This document shows, piece after piece, positions 11,129 through 22,048 of a stretch of 64,000 nucleotides of DNA. A program made the position numbers and the translations under genes. Every line of letters begins with the position of its first letter. The first letter of the stretch is position 1. The notes beneath the pieces are model-generated. The model searched no databases. It was not told the origin of the DNA and was given only the letters and a program-made list of their open reading frames with translations. The stretch comes from an uncultured Pelagibacteraceae bacterium (GTDB lineage: Bacteria; Pseudomonadota; Alphaproteobacteria; Pelagibacterales; AG-422-B15), in assembly GCA_902619105.1 (NCBI GenBank), contig CACNCV010000001.1, forward strand, positions 2,121 to 66,120. Reading direction: 5' to 3'.

Positions 11129-11887
11129 TTAAATCCTAACTGCTATATTTTGTTCAGCAAGATAAGTTTTTACATCTTTAATACTATATTCTCCGAAATG
11201 AAAAATAGAAGCAGCTAATAGAGCGCTAGCTCCCCCCTTTAATACCCCTTCAACAAAGTGCTCTAGGTTTCCAACGCCACCTGAAGCAATAACAGGAATA
11301 TCAATTGAGGATGAGACAGTACTCAATAATTCAGTGTCAAATCCTATTTTTGTTCCATCTCTGTCCATTGAAGTTAATAATATCTCACCAGCTCCTAAAT
11401 TAGCTACTTCAATGCAATATTCTATTGCATCAATATCTGTGGGCTTTCTTCCACCATGGGTATATATATTCCAACTTTTATCTCCATTTTTTTTTGCGTC
11501 CACTGCTATAACTATTGTTGAGGAACCATATTTCTTTGCCGCTTTTCCAACCAGGTCAATGTTTTCAACTGCAGCTGTATTTATAGACACTTTATCTGCT
11601 CCATGGTGAAGCAAACGAGATATATCATCAATGGTCCTAACACCTCCACCTACAGTGAGTGGTATGAAACAATTTTCAGCAGTTTTTTTAACCACTTCAA
11701 AGAGGGTTTCTCTATCGTCACTTGATGCAGTTATATCTAGAAAGCATAGTTCATCAGCTCCCTCAGAATTATAGATTTTTGCTTGTTCAACAGGATCGCC
11801 AGCATCAATTAAGTCAACAAAATTGACGCCTTTGACAACTCTCCCTCGATCAACATCTAAACAGGGTATGATTCTTTTTTTTAGCAT
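11129..11887 (-). CDS. hisF: Imidazole glycerol phosphate synthase cyclase subunit
   Basis: [29 protein letters not shown]. Confidence 0.99.
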   Translation of the reverse strand: MLKKRIIPCLDVDRGRVVKGVNFVDLIDAGDPVEQAKIYNSEGADELCFLDITASSDDRETLFEVVKKTAENCFIPLTVGGGVRTIDDISRLLHHGADKVSINTAAVENIDLVGKAAKKYGSSTIVIAVDAKKNGDKSWNIYTHGGRKPTDIDAIEYCIEVANLGAGEILLTSMDRDGTKIGFDTELLSTVSSSIDIPVIASGGVGNLEHFVEGVLKGGASALLAASIFHFGEYSIKDVKTYLAEQNIAVRI

Positions 11888-11888
11888 T

Positions 11889-12611
11889 CTATCTAACTAT
11901 CTTTAATGCCTCAGCAATATCAATATTTTTGTCATAAATTGCTTTACCTACAATCACACCTTTTATTTGCGAGTAATTTTTTTTCTTTAAGTTCATAAGG
12001 TCCGAGATATTTGATACCCCGCCTGATGCAACACAGTCAATTTTTGTTTGAACCATTACATTTTCTAGCATTTCAAAGTTGATTCCTTGCTTCATACCAT
12101 CCCTCATAACGTCAGTAATTATTATTGAGTTGATATTAAGATCTTCTATACTTTTTAAAAAATCAGAAATTTGTAAATCTTTTACCTCTTTCCAACCTTT
12201 TGTAGCAATTTGGTTGTGCTTAATGTCAAGAGCAATTGAAATTCTATCAGGATAATTGCAAACTGATTTCTCAAAAAAAGTTTTATTTTCAAACGCTGAT
12301 GTTCCAATAATAACATTATTAACACCAATATTAATGAGTCTTTCAACTCTTTTTATATTCCTTACTCCGCCACCGAACTGAATCTTAAGATTTGTATTTT
12401 TTTTTATTTGCTCAATAGATTTAATATTTTCAAAATTGCCCTTAAGGGCACCATCTAAGTCAACGCAATGCAAATATTCCACTCCAGAGTCTTCAAAAAT
12501 TTTAGCCTGTTCTAACGGTGACTCATTATATGTTGTAGATTGTTTAAAATCACCTTGTATTAATCTTACACATTTACCGTCTTTTAAATCAATTGCTGGA
12601 AATAAAATCAT
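11889..12611 (-). CDS. hisA: ProFAR isomerase HisA
   Basis: [17 protein letters not shown]; start at 12611 overlaps hisH stop (ATGA). Confidence 0.96.
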   Translation of the reverse strand: MILFPAIDLKDGKCVRLIQGDFKQSTTYNESPLEQAKIFEDSGVEYLHCVDLDGALKGNFENIKSIEQIKKNTNLKIQFGGGVRNIKRVERLINIGVNNVIIGTSAFENKTFFEKSVCNYPDRISIALDIKHNQIATKGWKEVKDLQISDFLKSIEDLNINSIIITDVMRDGMKQGINFEMLENVMVQTKIDCVASGGVSNISDLMNLKKKNYSQIKGVIVGKAIYDKNIDIAEALKIVR

Positions 12612-13246
12612 GAAGGTTCCCACTCGAGAAAGTTTAAAATTATTTGTTTTCCGTTTATATGACTTTTTTCTGGATGAAATTGTGTACCAAAAATATTTTC
12701 CTTGAGTACTGCTGCAGTAATTGGATTTGGATATTTTGTAGTTGCTATACAATTTTGATTTTTTTGAGTTCTAAAGTAGTAACTGTGCACAAAATAAAAA
12801 TCAGTATTTTGTGAAATATTATTCATTAATTCATGTTTGCGAAAAGTGACTTCATTCCATCCCATGTGTGGAATTTTATAATCAGCTGGAGCCTCGATCT
12901 TGATTACTTCTCCGGGTATCCATCCAAAGCCCTCACATTCACCAAATTCTAAAGATTTTTCTGCTAGTAATTGCATTCCAACACAAATGCCCATAAAAGC
13001 TTTTTTTTCGCCAATTACCACTTGTTCAAGACTTTCAAATAGACCGTCTATTTTGTGAATTGCGTTCTTACAGTCTTGAAAAGCTCCAACTCCAGGAAGA
13101 ACTAATTTATCGGCGTTCAATATTTCAGATGGTGTGTTTGTAACAATAATTTCATATGGATTTTCTAAGTTATTGTTTACGGCTTCAAATGCCTTGTGTA
13201 CTGAATGTAAATTTCCTGAGCCGTAGTTGATAATTACTAACTTCAT
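12608..13246 (-). CDS. hisH: Imidazole glycerol phosphate synthase glutaminase subunit
   Basis: GSGNL, PGVGAF, GICVGMQ, PHMGWN, QFHPEKS. Confidence 0.98.
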   Translation of the reverse strand: MKLVIINYGSGNLHSVHKAFEAVNNNLENPYEIIVTNTPSEILNADKLVLPGVGAFQDCKNAIHKIDGLFESLEQVVIGEKKAFMGICVGMQLLAEKSLEFGECEGFGWIPGEVIKIEAPADYKIPHMGWNEVTFRKHELMNNISQNTDFYFVHSYYFRTQKNQNCIATTKYPNPITAAVLKENIFGTQFHPEKSHINGKQIILNFLEWEPS

Positions 13247-13701
13247 TTATTCATCTGTTTAATAGTATCAATAACTTCCTCTACATGATTATTTACTTTC
13301 ACTTTTCTCCAAACCTTTACGACCTTGCCTTTCATAATAAGAAATGTAGATCTATCTATTCCCTTGTACGTTCTGCCATACATACTTTTTTTAATCCATA
13401 CACCAAATGTTTCACAGATTTTATCAGTCTCATCAGAAAGAAGATCAAATTTTAATTTGTATTTTTCAGCAAATTTATTTTGTTTTTGAACGGTATCTTT
13501 GGATATACCATAAACTCTTACCTTTAGATTGTTAAACTTTCGAAGATTGCTTTGGAAATCACAAGACTCTTTTGTACAACCTGGAGTATCCGCTTTAGGA
13601 TAAAAATAAATTACCGTGTCCTCTTTTGTAGGAAATTTAACTTCTTCATTTTTCTGATTTTTAAGTTTGAATGAAGGTAGTTTTTGGCCTTCTTTTATCA
13701 T
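13243..13701 (-). CDS. bcp: Peroxiredoxin BCP/PrxQ
   Basis: YFYPKADTPGCTKESC, KSMYG, RSTF. Confidence 0.94.
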   Translation of the reverse strand: MIKEGQKLPSFKLKNQKNEEVKFPTKEDTVIYFYPKADTPGCTKESCDFQSNLRKFNNLKVRVYGISKDTVQKQNKFAEKYKLKFDLLSDETDKICETFGVWIKKSMYGRTYKGIDRSTFLIMKGKVVKVWRKVKVNNHVEEVIDTIKQMNK

Positions 13702-13703
13702 TG

Positions 13704-14303
13704 TTAAAGTTGTCCTTTGGTAGAGGGAATGTTCATTCCCTCTCGCTCATTAATCGCAACAGCATTTCTTAAACTTCTTGCCAAAGCCTTAAAGCAAGAT
13801 TCAATTATATGATGGTTGTTTTCTCCATAAATATTTTCCACATGTAATGTTGTTCCACTTGCTTGTGCAAAAGCTTGGAACCATTCTTTAAATAATTCAG
13901 TATCAAAGTCACCTTGAGAAGATGTTATCTTTGGAGCACTAAATTGTACTTTCCAAATTAAATAAGGTCTATTTGATAGATCAAGCGCGACTCTTGATAA
14001 TGTTTCATCCATCGGAATATATGAGTGCGCATAACGTGTAATACCTTGTCGATTACCTAATGCTTTTGATAAACATTCGCCAATTGCAATGCCTGTATCC
14101 TCAGTTGTATGGTGATAATCAATGTGAGTATCTCCTGTTGCTTTTATCTTCATATCAATCAGTGAGTGCTTTGACAATTGTTCAAGCATGTGGTCAAGAA
14201 ATCCAATGCCAGTCTTGATATCGTACTTACCTGTTCCGTCGATATTAATATCGACAGAGATAGAGGTTTCTTTCGTGTCTCTTTTATACTCTGCTGTTCT
14301 CAT
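13704..14303 (-). CDS. hisB: Imidazoleglycerol-phosphate dehydratase
   Basis: [28 protein letters not shown]. Confidence 0.98.
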   Translation of the reverse strand: MRTAEYKRDTKETSISVDINIDGTGKYDIKTGIGFLDHMLEQLSKHSLIDMKIKATGDTHIDYHHTTEDTGIAIGECLSKALGNRQGITRYAHSYIPMDETLSRVALDLSNRPYLIWKVQFSAPKITSSQGDFDTELFKEWFQAFAQASGTTLHVENIYGENNHHIIESCFKALARSLRNAVAINEREGMNIPSTKGQL

Positions 14304-14380
14304 AACAAAATCCAGTCGGTTTCTATCAATAAATCACTGAATTATCTATAAAAAATGTAATTTTTAATGAAAAGTCAGGA

Positions 14381-14409
14381 CTTGAAGTTAATAAATAAAT
14401 AGCCACATA
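14381..14409 (+). promoter_or_regulatory. Putative sigma32 (RpoH) promoter of hslVU
   Basis: CTTGAA(14381-14386)-N16-CCACATA(14403-14409) just upstream of hslV. Confidence 0.6.
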
Positions 14410-14418
14410 ACACTCAGC

Positions 14419-14970
14419 ATGGAAAATCAACAAAGCCAATCATGGCACGGTACAACTATTATTAGTGTAAGAAAAGGCAATCAGGTTGTTGTCGCGGGAG
14501 ACGGTCAAGTGAGTCTTGGAAATACAGTCATTAAAGGCACTGCCCAAAAGGTTAGAAAAATAGGTGATGGTAGTGTTATTGCTGGTTTTGCCGGAGCAAC
14601 TGCAGATGCATTTACTTTATTTGAAAGACTGGAAGCGAAACTAGAAAAGCATCCTAAACAGCTTACCAGAGCATGTGTTGAACTGGCGAAAGATTGGCGC
14701 ACCGACAAATATTTAAGGCGCCTAGAAGCACTTCTTACAGTTGCAGACTCTTCTACATCACTTCTGATTACTGGAATGGGTGATGTGTTAGACCCTGATG
14801 GGTCAATTATTGGAATTGGTAGCGGTGGTAATTATGCACTATCCGCTGCTAAAGCCCTTATTGATACTGATCTTACCGCTGAAGAAATTGCTTTAAAGTC
14901 ACTAAAAATTGCTGGCGAAATTTGTGTTTTCACAAACAACAATGTTACACTTGAAAAAATTGAGTATTAG
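14419..14970 (+). CDS. hslV: ATP-dependent protease subunit HslV
   Basis: [26 protein letters not shown]. Confidence 0.99.
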   Translation: MENQQSQSWHGTTIISVRKGNQVVVAGDGQVSLGNTVIKGTAQKVRKIGDGSVIAGFAGATADAFTLFERLEAKLEKHPKQLTRACVELAKDWRTDKYLRRLEALLTVADSSTSLLITGMGDVLDPDGSIIGIGSGGNYALSAAKALIDTDLTAEEIALKSLKIAGEICVFTNNNVTLEKIEY

Positions 14971-14973
14971 ATA

Positions 14974-16278
14974 ATGCAAGCGTTTTCACCAAGGGAAATT
15001 GTCTCCGAACTTGATAGATATATTATTGGACAGGATGATGCGAAAAAATCTGTTGCTATCGCATTAAGAAATCGTTGGCGACGTCAGCAATTGCCAGAAG
15101 ATATGAGAGAGGAAGTTCTTCCAAAAAATATTTTAATGATTGGCCCTACTGGGATTGGTAAAACTGAAATTTCTAGAAGGCTCTCAAAATTAGCACAAGC
15201 ACCGTTTATAAAAGTTGAAGCAACAAAATTTACAGAAGTCGGATATGTAGGTAGAGATGTGGAGTCGATTGTTCGTGATTTGATTGAAATAGCAATTACA
15301 ATGGTTCGTGAGATAAAAAGAAAAGAAGTCAAAGCAAAAGCACAATTAGCTGCTGAAGAACGCGTACTGGATGCTTTAGTTGGACCAGGTTCTGGGCCTG
15401 CTACGCGAGAAAGCTTTAGAAAAAAACTCAGAAATAACGAACTCAATGAAAAGGAAATCGAAATAGCTGTTCAAGACACTGGATCATTTCCAACAATTGA
15501 TCTTCAAGGTGGACAAGGTGGGGGCGTAGGAATGATAAATCTTAACGACATGCTTGGTAAAGCAATGGGACCAAAAACTAAGAAGAAAAAAACAACAGTT
15601 GCAGACTCCTATGAGATATTGGTTAATGAAGAGTCAGATAAGCTCATTGATACTGACCAAATTGTAAACGAGGCAAAAAAAGCTGTAGAGGATAACGGAA
15701 TTGTATTTATAGACGAAATAGACAAAGTTTGTGCAAGAAGTGAAAGAGTTGGTGGTGACGTTTCAAGAGAGGGGGTGCAAAGAGATCTGTTACCTTTAAT
15801 TGAAGGAACCACTGTTAATACAAAACACGGAACGATCAAAACTGATCATATACTTTTTATAGCTTCTGGAGCATTTCAGCTATCTAAGCCATCAGATCTA
15901 TTACCAGAATTGCAGGGTAGACTTCCAATAAGGGTAAATCTCAAAGCACTTTCACAGGAAGACTTTAAACGTATCTTAACAGAACCCAAGTATAGCTTGA
16001 TAAAACAGTATGAGGCACTGATGGGTACTGAAGATGTAAAAATTAATTTCAGCGAAGATGGAATTGATGCAATAGCAACCTTGGCTGTAGACATTAACTC
16101 AACTATTGAGAATATTGGAGCTCGTCGTTTACATACAATTCTTGAGAGAGTATTAGAAGATATAAGTTTTTCTGCAGCTGATAAAAGTGGAGAAAAAATT
16201 ACAATTGATGCAAACTATGTGAAAGATAATGTAAATGAATTATCAAAAGATACAGATCTTTCTAAATTTATTCTTTAG
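14974..16278 (+). CDS. hslU: ATP-dependent protease ATPase subunit HslU
   Basis: [38 protein letters not shown]. Confidence 0.99.
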   Translation: MQAFSPREIVSELDRYIIGQDDAKKSVAIALRNRWRRQQLPEDMREEVLPKNILMIGPTGIGKTEISRRLSKLAQAPFIKVEATKFTEVGYVGRDVESIVRDLIEIAITMVREIKRKEVKAKAQLAAEERVLDALVGPGSGPATRESFRKKLRNNELNEKEIEIAVQDTGSFPTIDLQGGQGGGVGMINLNDMLGKAMGPKTKKKKTTVADSYEILVNEESDKLIDTDQIVNEAKKAVEDNGIVFIDEIDKVCARSERVGGDVSREGVQRDLLPLIEGTTVNTKHGTIKTDHILFIASGAFQLSKPSDLLPELQGRLPIRVNLKALSQEDFKRILTEPKYSLIKQYEALMGTEDVKINFSEDGIDAIATLAVDINSTIENIGARRLHTILERVLEDISFSAADKSGEKITIDANYVKDNVNELSKDTDLSKFIL

Positions 16279-16283
16279 TTTAT

Positions 16284-16712
16284 ATGTCATTAAAAACTAA
16301 AAAGACTCATTTAAATAAAATAAAAGTACGTTACTCAGAAGTCGATTGTCAAAGAATAGTCTACAACTCTCATTACCTAACATATTTTGATATTTCTTTG
16401 AGTGAAATGCTTGAAGATTGTTTCGATCAAGATGAATATGTAAAAAATACGAACAATGATTTTCATACAGTTGGCGTTCAGATGGATTTTAAAAGTCCTG
16501 CAAGACTAAATGATCAGCTTGAGGTTTACACAGGCGTAAAAAAACTTGGAAACTCAAGCATGACATTCATGCAAGAAATATATAAGGCAGGTTCAGACGA
16601 AGTTTTAAATTCAGCTAATATTACTTGGGTCAACACAAATCAAAAGAGTATGAAGTCCGAGACTATTCCAGATGATATTAAATCAAAATTGAATAAATAT
16701 TTAATTGATTAA
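16284..16712 (+). CDS. YbgC/FadM-family acyl-CoA thioesterase
   Basis: VRYSEVD..IVYNSHYLTYFD, FKSPARLND. Confidence 0.85.
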   Translation: MSLKTKKTHLNKIKVRYSEVDCQRIVYNSHYLTYFDISLSEMLEDCFDQDEYVKNTNNDFHTVGVQMDFKSPARLNDQLEVYTGVKKLGNSSMTFMQEIYKAGSDEVLNSANITWVNTNQKSMKSETIPDDIKSKLNKYLID

Positions 16713-17323
16713 TCGGAAGTCGCTGCTAACAGCCAGTTTGAACTTTTCTTATCTTTTATTTTTTCAAATGTCCAAACATCAGTAATTTTTTGAACCTGAT
16801 TCAAGCTGCCTGAAACAACTTCGTCCTTACTGTTTTTAATACAGGTGATCATTTCAGATATAAATCTAACCGTCACCTCCATTGGATTTTTCTTTAAATC
16901 TTTATGAACAATCTCTGACTTTTCAATTCCTATAAAATTAAATTCTACTGTTTCATTTTTACTATTTCTTTCATCAATAACTGATGAAAAACTAATTAAT
17001 ACATCGTCAGAGAGTAGAGGCTTTAAAGCATCTTTATTGCCATTCTCAAAATTCGTAACAATGGTTTCATAGGCGTTAGCTGCGCCACGCAAGAAGTCGT
17101 CATTATTAAACCAACCTTCCTCGCGCGCACTAGACGAAGTTTTTTGTTCAATTGGGATGACTTTTTCCTCTTTAGAGGTTTGTGGTGTCTCATAATTATA
17201 TGAGGTTTTGTCTGTTTTTTCGTGACCGGTGCGTCTTCCTAGGACACTTCTAAGACGCAGAAGGACGATGCCAGCAATAATTGCTAGAATCAAAATGTCT
17301 ATGTACTGAAATGCTTCACTCAT
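16709..17323 (-). CDS. Tim44/TimA-family protein
   Basis: LRLRSVLGRRTG, FLRGA..AYE.IV, DVWTF, NWLL; divergent from fxsA as in other Alphaproteobacteria. Confidence 0.93.
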   Translation of the reverse strand: MSEAFQYIDILILAIIAGIVLLRLRSVLGRRTGHEKTDKTSYNYETPQTSKEEKVIPIEQKTSSSAREEGWFNNDDFLRGAANAYETIVTNFENGNKDALKPLLSDDVLISFSSVIDERNSKNETVEFNFIGIEKSEIVHKDLKKNPMEVTVRFISEMITCIKNSKDEVVSGSLNQVQKITDVWTFEKIKDKKSSNWLLAATSD

Positions 17324-17388
17324 TTATTTAAATATTATAGAGTCCTTATTTAGGGATTTAAACTAAACTTTCAACATTTACTTATATT

Positions 17389-17826
17389 TTGTTTTTTATA
17401 TTTATTGCAATTTTCATACTTATTCCGATCATTGAAATTAGCTTATTTATTGAAATTGGAAGCATTATTGGTTCCTTTTATACAATTATGCTAATATTTC
17501 TTACAGCTATAGTTGGTGTATTCTTTGTCCGCCAGCAAGGTATTAGTACATTTCAGAAATTAGCCTCACAATTGCAAAACCTTGAGGCACCTGTTCAAAC
17601 AGTTTTTGAAGGGCTTGTTATCCTTATTTCTGGAATTCTGTTAATTACTCCCGGGTTCTTCTCAGACTCTTTAGGTTTTCTAGGTTTAATACCTGTTACG
17701 AGGGTGATTTTTATAAAGTTAGTAGCAAGTTACATTCTTTCTCGATATGGTGTGAAACAAAATCACGAAGATCATACATTAGAGGGTGACTTCGTCGAAT
17801 TGGATGATGAGGACAAAATAAAATAA
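17389..17826 (+). CDS. fxsA: FxsA membrane protein
   Basis: PIIEI, LLITPGFFSD; TTG start; precedes secB. Confidence 0.92.
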   Translation: MFFIFIAIFILIPIIEISLFIEIGSIIGSFYTIMLIFLTAIVGVFFVRQQGISTFQKLASQLQNLEAPVQTVFEGLVILISGILLITPGFFSDSLGFLGLIPVTRVIFIKLVASYILSRYGVKQNHEDHTLEGDFVELDDEDKIK

Positions 17827-18248
17827 TGGATGTAACCGCGAAAATTATTACTCAATTTATTAGAGATTTATCATTTGAAAATCCACATGGACTTGAGTCT
17901 TTTAAGCCGGGTAGTGATCGTCCCATGATCAATGCTAATGTAGATGTAAAAGCAAAAAATAGAAAAGATACTGAAATTTATGAGGTAGAATTAAACATCA
18001 GTGTCAATGCTATTCGAGATGAAAAAAAATTATATATAATTGATCTCAAGTATATAGGAATTTTTGAAATAAAAAATTTGACTGATGATGTTAAGGAGCC
18101 ATATCTTTTAGTTGAATGTCCAAGGCAATTATTTCCATTTGCAAGAAGAATTATTTATGACATGCACTCGGATGGGGGGCTTCCGCCTTTAATGTTGGAT
18201 CCAGTAAATTTTGCTGACTTATATGAAAAAAGAAAAAAACAAAATTAA
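17826..18248 (+). CDS. secB: Protein-export chaperone SecB
   Basis: QFIRDLSFENP, CPRQLFPFAR, GGLPPL.LDPVNF. Confidence 0.96.
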   Translation: MDVTAKIITQFIRDLSFENPHGLESFKPGSDRPMINANVDVKAKNRKDTEIYEVELNISVNAIRDEKKLYIIDLKYIGIFEIKNLTDDVKEPYLLVECPRQLFPFARRIIYDMHSDGGLPPLMLDPVNFADLYEKRKKQN

Positions 18249-19057
18249 TAACTAATTAATTTTGCCTCACCATTTACCATTTCAAATATTGGCTCAACTT
18301 TAGGAATTGCATCTTTTGTTTTATTATTCATATCATCAAGAAGAGCTGATGTGTTTGTATACTCACTTATCATTTCTAGATTTTTAATTGTTGGCATTAT
18401 CATTGGAAACTTTCCATTTTTAGACTTTACTAGAGCATCTTTAGGATTAATCCATTTACTTTCTACACCTTCAGTGCCATCGTGAATTGCTTCTTGTGCT
18501 GTCGTGCGTGCGATAAAAAATCTGGTGCTATATCTTCTTTTCTCAATTTTTGGAGTTATCCAATGAGAGATGTAAGCGAGTTCACTAGTAGCAAGTTCTA
18601 AATTTAATTTATTAATCATTTCGTAAAAAATATTTTCACCTTTATGAATTCTATTTTTGTAATGGTTTATGATTTTAAGGTCCTCGTCGTTAAAAACTGT
18701 ATTTTTCAAATTTTCTCCCTTTTTATTCGCGAGAAGTATTCCACTTTCCTCGAAGCACTCTCTTATACATGCAATCCAATATGACAATCCGTTTTTATCT
18801 ATGCCAAGTCTAGCTGAAGCTAAACAATCATCTAATTGAGGACTATATTTTGAATAATTATTTGAAATATCCTCATTATCTATCTTGCCTCCTGGAAATA
18901 CCCATGCACCCCCAAAGTTAGTTTTCATAGATCTTTTGATCATAAAAACCTCTAATTGATTATTTGTGTCTCTTATAAGTAAAACTGAGGCGGCAGGTGT
19001 TGGAACTTTCTGATAATTGTCGCCATCACTGAGTGTATGATTGATTTGATTACTCAC
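18245..19057 (-). CDS. NUDIX hydrolase (NUDT19-like CoA pyrophosphatase clade)
   Basis: VFPGG, IRECFEESGI, HWITP, RRYSTRFF. Confidence 0.88.
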   Translation of the reverse strand: MSNQINHTLSDGDNYQKVPTPAASVLLIRDTNNQLEVFMIKRSMKTNFGGAWVFPGGKIDNEDISNNYSKYSPQLDDCLASARLGIDKNGLSYWIACIRECFEESGILLANKKGENLKNTVFNDEDLKIINHYKNRIHKGENIFYEMINKLNLELATSELAYISHWITPKIEKRRYSTRFFIARTTAQEAIHDGTEGVESKWINPKDALVKSKNGKFPMIMPTIKNLEMISEYTNTSALLDDMNNKTKDAIPKVEPIFEMVNGEAKLISY

Positions 19058-19745
19058 TAGATTGACTAATTTTATTCCAAATAGAGTTCTTGCCTAGCGT
19101 TTGTATAAACGACCGATGCAACTCTTTTTCTTTTTCTGAAAGTCGAGAAGGTAGATTTCTATTTTTAATTTTTTCAGTATTAAAAGTTACAGGTGAATTT
19201 TTTACTTCAACCGAGTTATTTAGATCTAGACTCAACTCTCTAGCATCCATCAATTCTATGTATACTCGTGCTAAAAGTTCAGTATCTACTGTTGCTGAGT
19301 GTTTTTCTCTTTGTGTATTATCTATTGCAAATCTCTTACAAAGAGCATCTAAAGAGACACTTTGACCAGGAAACTTTTCTCTTGCTATTGAAACAGTGTC
19401 AATTTTCTCATTCTTTAGAGGCTTCTTGCCACATGTGTTGAGTTCGTAATTTAGAAACCCAACATCAAAATCAACATTGTGAGCTATGATAGGGTCATTA
19501 CCCACAAATTCTAAAAATTTATTTATAATATTTTCAAACAAGGGTTTGTCTTTCAAAAATTCATAACTCAAGCCATGAACTTTGAAAGATGCTTCAGGCA
19601 CATCCCTTTGGGGATTAATATATTGCTGATATATATTACCAGTAGGCAAATAATTAACTATTTCAATTGCAGCAATTTCTATGACACGGTGGCCCTCTGA
19701 TGGTCTTAATCCTGTAGTTTCTGTATCAAGAACAATTTGCCTCAT
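19050..19745 (-). CDS. dnaQ: DNA polymerase III epsilon subunit
   Basis: DTETTG, AHNVDFD, SLDALC, HSATVD. Confidence 0.97.
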   Translation of the reverse strand: MRQIVLDTETTGLRPSEGHRVIEIAAIEIVNYLPTGNIYQQYINPQRDVPEASFKVHGLSYEFLKDKPLFENIINKFLEFVGNDPIIAHNVDFDVGFLNYELNTCGKKPLKNEKIDTVSIAREKFPGQSVSLDALCKRFAIDNTQREKHSATVDTELLARVYIELMDARELSLDLNNSVEVKNSPVTFNTEKIKNRNLPSRLSEKEKELHRSFIQTLGKNSIWNKISQSSE

Positions 19746-20365
19746 TTATTAAAAAAGGTATTCCAAGCTTTTGGATTAATCAATTTAATTTTTGCGGCAA
19801 CTTCTTTAACCTCGGATTTTGTTTTCTCAATATCACTCTCTGTGGAGATAATGTAATCAGCTTTCTTCAATTTTTCTCTGTCTGGCATTTGTTGACCCTT
19901 GATTGCATTAAAAATCTCTAAAGGAACTTTTCTTTCCGAAACGACCCTGGACTGCTGAATTTCCTCAGAGGCAGTAACGACAACTGAGACGTCTACATAT
20001 TTTTCTCCACCTGTCTCAAAAAGCAATGGTATATCCAAAACGCAGCCTGTCTTCCCCTCCTCAATTAATTTATTTATATACATAATCTGATAATTCCTTG
20101 TAACAGGATGAACAATTTGCTCTAAGTCTCTAAATTTTTTTGGATCTTTATTTAAAATATCCCTTAATGCAATTCGGTTTACAACCCCATCTTTAATAGA
20201 ACCTGGAAACTTAGCTTCAACTTTTGCAATCACTTCTTTATCTTTTTCATAAATATAATGCACCGTATCGTCTGCGTTATAAACGCCGTAACCGTGCTCT
20301 TGAAACATCTTAGCGACGGTTGATTTTCCCATTCCAATAGACCCCGTTACACCAACCAACAGCAT
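19742..20365 (-). CDS. coaE: Dephospho-CoA kinase
   Basis: GVTGSIGMGKST, LEQIVHP, DIPLLFE. Confidence 0.97.
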   Translation of the reverse strand: MLLVGVTGSIGMGKSTVAKMFQEHGYGVYNADDTVHYIYEKDKEVIAKVEAKFPGSIKDGVVNRIALRDILNKDPKKFRDLEQIVHPVTRNYQIMYINKLIEEGKTGCVLDIPLLFETGGEKYVDVSVVVTASEEIQQSRVVSERKVPLEIFNAIKGQQMPDREKLKKADYIISTESDIEKTKSEVKEVAAKIKLINPKAWNTFFNK

Positions 20366-21189
20366 TATTTTACTCCTAATGCCAGCATTAAGTCTTTATC
20401 TATTGCAGGAGTTTTGTTATGCCACATATTGAAAGATTCTGCAGCTTGATTGACCAGCATTTGTAATCCATTTTGAACCGAACAACCATTTTTTTCAGCG
20501 TGTTGTAGAAAAGTTGTTTTACTTGGATTGTATATAAGATCGTAAACATGTGTGGATGAGTTGAGGTCATCAAAATTTATAAGATTATTCTCTTCGCCTC
20601 TTTGTTGTCCAAGGCTTGTGGTATTAATAACCATACTTGAAGATCTAACAAAGTCCTTTAACGACAGTTCTGTTAAAATTGTTGCCTCCACACCCAGATC
20701 GTCGCACAGAGCTTTTACCTTTTCTTTGGTTCTATTAAATATACCAATTTCACACTTCATTTGTTGTAATGCATAAACAACCGCCCTTGCTGACCCTCCA
20801 GCGCCTAGCACTAGGCACCGTTTATTGGTTAAATTTCTATTTTGAATTGATTTTTGGAAACCGACTGGGTCGGTGTTTTCACCGTAAACACCATCTTCGT
20901 TTACGATTAGTGTGTTCACTGCTTTAAGAGCCCTAGCAACATCAGATGTCTTGTTACAGTATTTGTATGCATCTTCTTTGAGAGGGACGGTCACATTTAA
21001 GCCGCTAAAACCCTCTTCTATTAAACGATCAAGTTCTTTATTAAAGTTTTCTTTCTTTACATTTATTTTTTGATAAGCGTTAGAGTCAATACCTTCTCGT
21101 TCAATCCAGTGATTATGAATTTTAGGAGAAAGACTATGATCTATCGGATCTCCAATTACTGCTGTTTTTTTATGTATCATTTTTTTCAA
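20365..21189 (-). CDS. aroE: Shikimate dehydrogenase
   Basis: HSLSPKIH, NVTVPLK, AVNT, NTD, GAGGSAR, DLIYNP. Confidence 0.97.
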   Translation of the reverse strand: MKKMIHKKTAVIGDPIDHSLSPKIHNHWIEREGIDSNAYQKINVKKENFNKELDRLIEEGFSGLNVTVPLKEDAYKYCNKTSDVARALKAVNTLIVNEDGVYGENTDPVGFQKSIQNRNLTNKRCLVLGAGGSARAVVYALQQMKCEIGIFNRTKEKVKALCDDLGVEATILTELSLKDFVRSSSMVINTTSLGQQRGEENNLINFDDLNSSTHVYDLIYNPSKTTFLQHAEKNGCSVQNGLQMLVNQAAESFNMWHNKTPAIDKDLMLALGVK

Positions 21190-21775
21190 ATAAAAGATTA
21201 TTGTCCCAAAGAAACTGAGTTAATTGAATTAATGATATCCCTTGTATCGAGAAAAGGTCGCTTCCAATACTTTCAAAAAGTTTTATTCCTTCCTCTTCAA
21301 TTGCATAGACTCCTACGAGACCAAGAATATTGTCATCGACATTGTTTAAATATTCATTTATCAATTTCTCGTTTAAGTCTCGCATTTGCATTTTAGACCT
21401 GTCTACATGTTTCCAGATAATGTTGTTGTTTTGGGCAACTACTGTAGCGGTTATAAGTGTGTGAGTAGATCCGCTCATTTCCATTAACTGTTCTTTTGCC
21501 TCATCTCTGTCTCGAGCTTTATTAATCAAAGTACCTTTCAGATCTAAACCTTGGTCTGATCCAATAACAAATGCGTCTTTGTTTGACATGGATGGTTTTA
21601 AGGCTTTCATTTCAGCAAGCTTAACTACGACTTCCTCTGGCGAGTTTTTGCTCATTGATAACTTTACCTCATCTTCATCCACGCCGTGAGCAAATATCTC
21701 AAAGGTAATGCCAGCACTACGCAACAATTTAACCCTTGTTTCACTTTTAGATGCTAAAATTATATCTCTGTTCAT
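21170..21775 (-). CDS. maf: Maf-family nucleotide pyrophosphatase
   Basis: ILASKS..R, KA, GSDQ, GVYAIE; conserved maf-aroE-coaE-dnaQ order. Confidence 0.93.
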   Translation of the reverse strand: MNRDIILASKSETRVKLLRSAGITFEIFAHGVDEDEVKLSMSKNSPEEVVVKLAEMKALKPSMSNKDAFVIGSDQGLDLKGTLINKARDRDEAKEQLMEMSGSTHTLITATVVAQNNNIIWKHVDRSKMQMRDLNEKLINEYLNNVDDNILGLVGVYAIEEEGIKLFESIGSDLFSIQGISLIQLTQFLWDNNLLFEKNDT

Positions 21776-22048
21776 AAATATGTATAAATATCCTGGGGCC
21801 TGTGAGTACTTTTATTGTCTTCTACCATTTTTAATTTTTAACTCATTTTTCTATCTTTATTGAGAAATTTTGCAAACTTTGTTCACCTGTTGACAGTATC
21901 CTGGTTTTCTTTCACTGCGGTGGATAAGGCTAAAACCCATATAATTCAAAGCGATTGTTATGTGTATCGAATTGTGGGCAAAAGGGGACTTTTTATATAT
22001 ACACAATTCCACAAAGACATAAACAACTACAACTATATATATAATATA
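21776..22048. other. Probable chromosomal replication origin (oriC)
   Basis: Longest spacer in the core region, at the maf/hemE position typical of alphaproteobacterial origins; degenerate DnaA boxes GGTGGATAA 21919, TGTGTATCG 21961, TGTGGGCAA 21973, ATATACACA 21997, AATTCCACA 22005; CAA/CTA triplets and an AT run at 22024-22048; gene orientation diverges here. Confidence 0.75.

Noticed and set aside
12612-12752. N-terminal extension of hisA
   Set aside because: Overlaps hisH; the canonical MILFPAID start gives an ATGA coupling
21860-22048. 63-aa N-terminal extension of hemE and the antisense ORF 21857-22081
   Set aside because: No HemE similarity before MSIFIN; the region carries origin-like motifs; start reassigned to 22049
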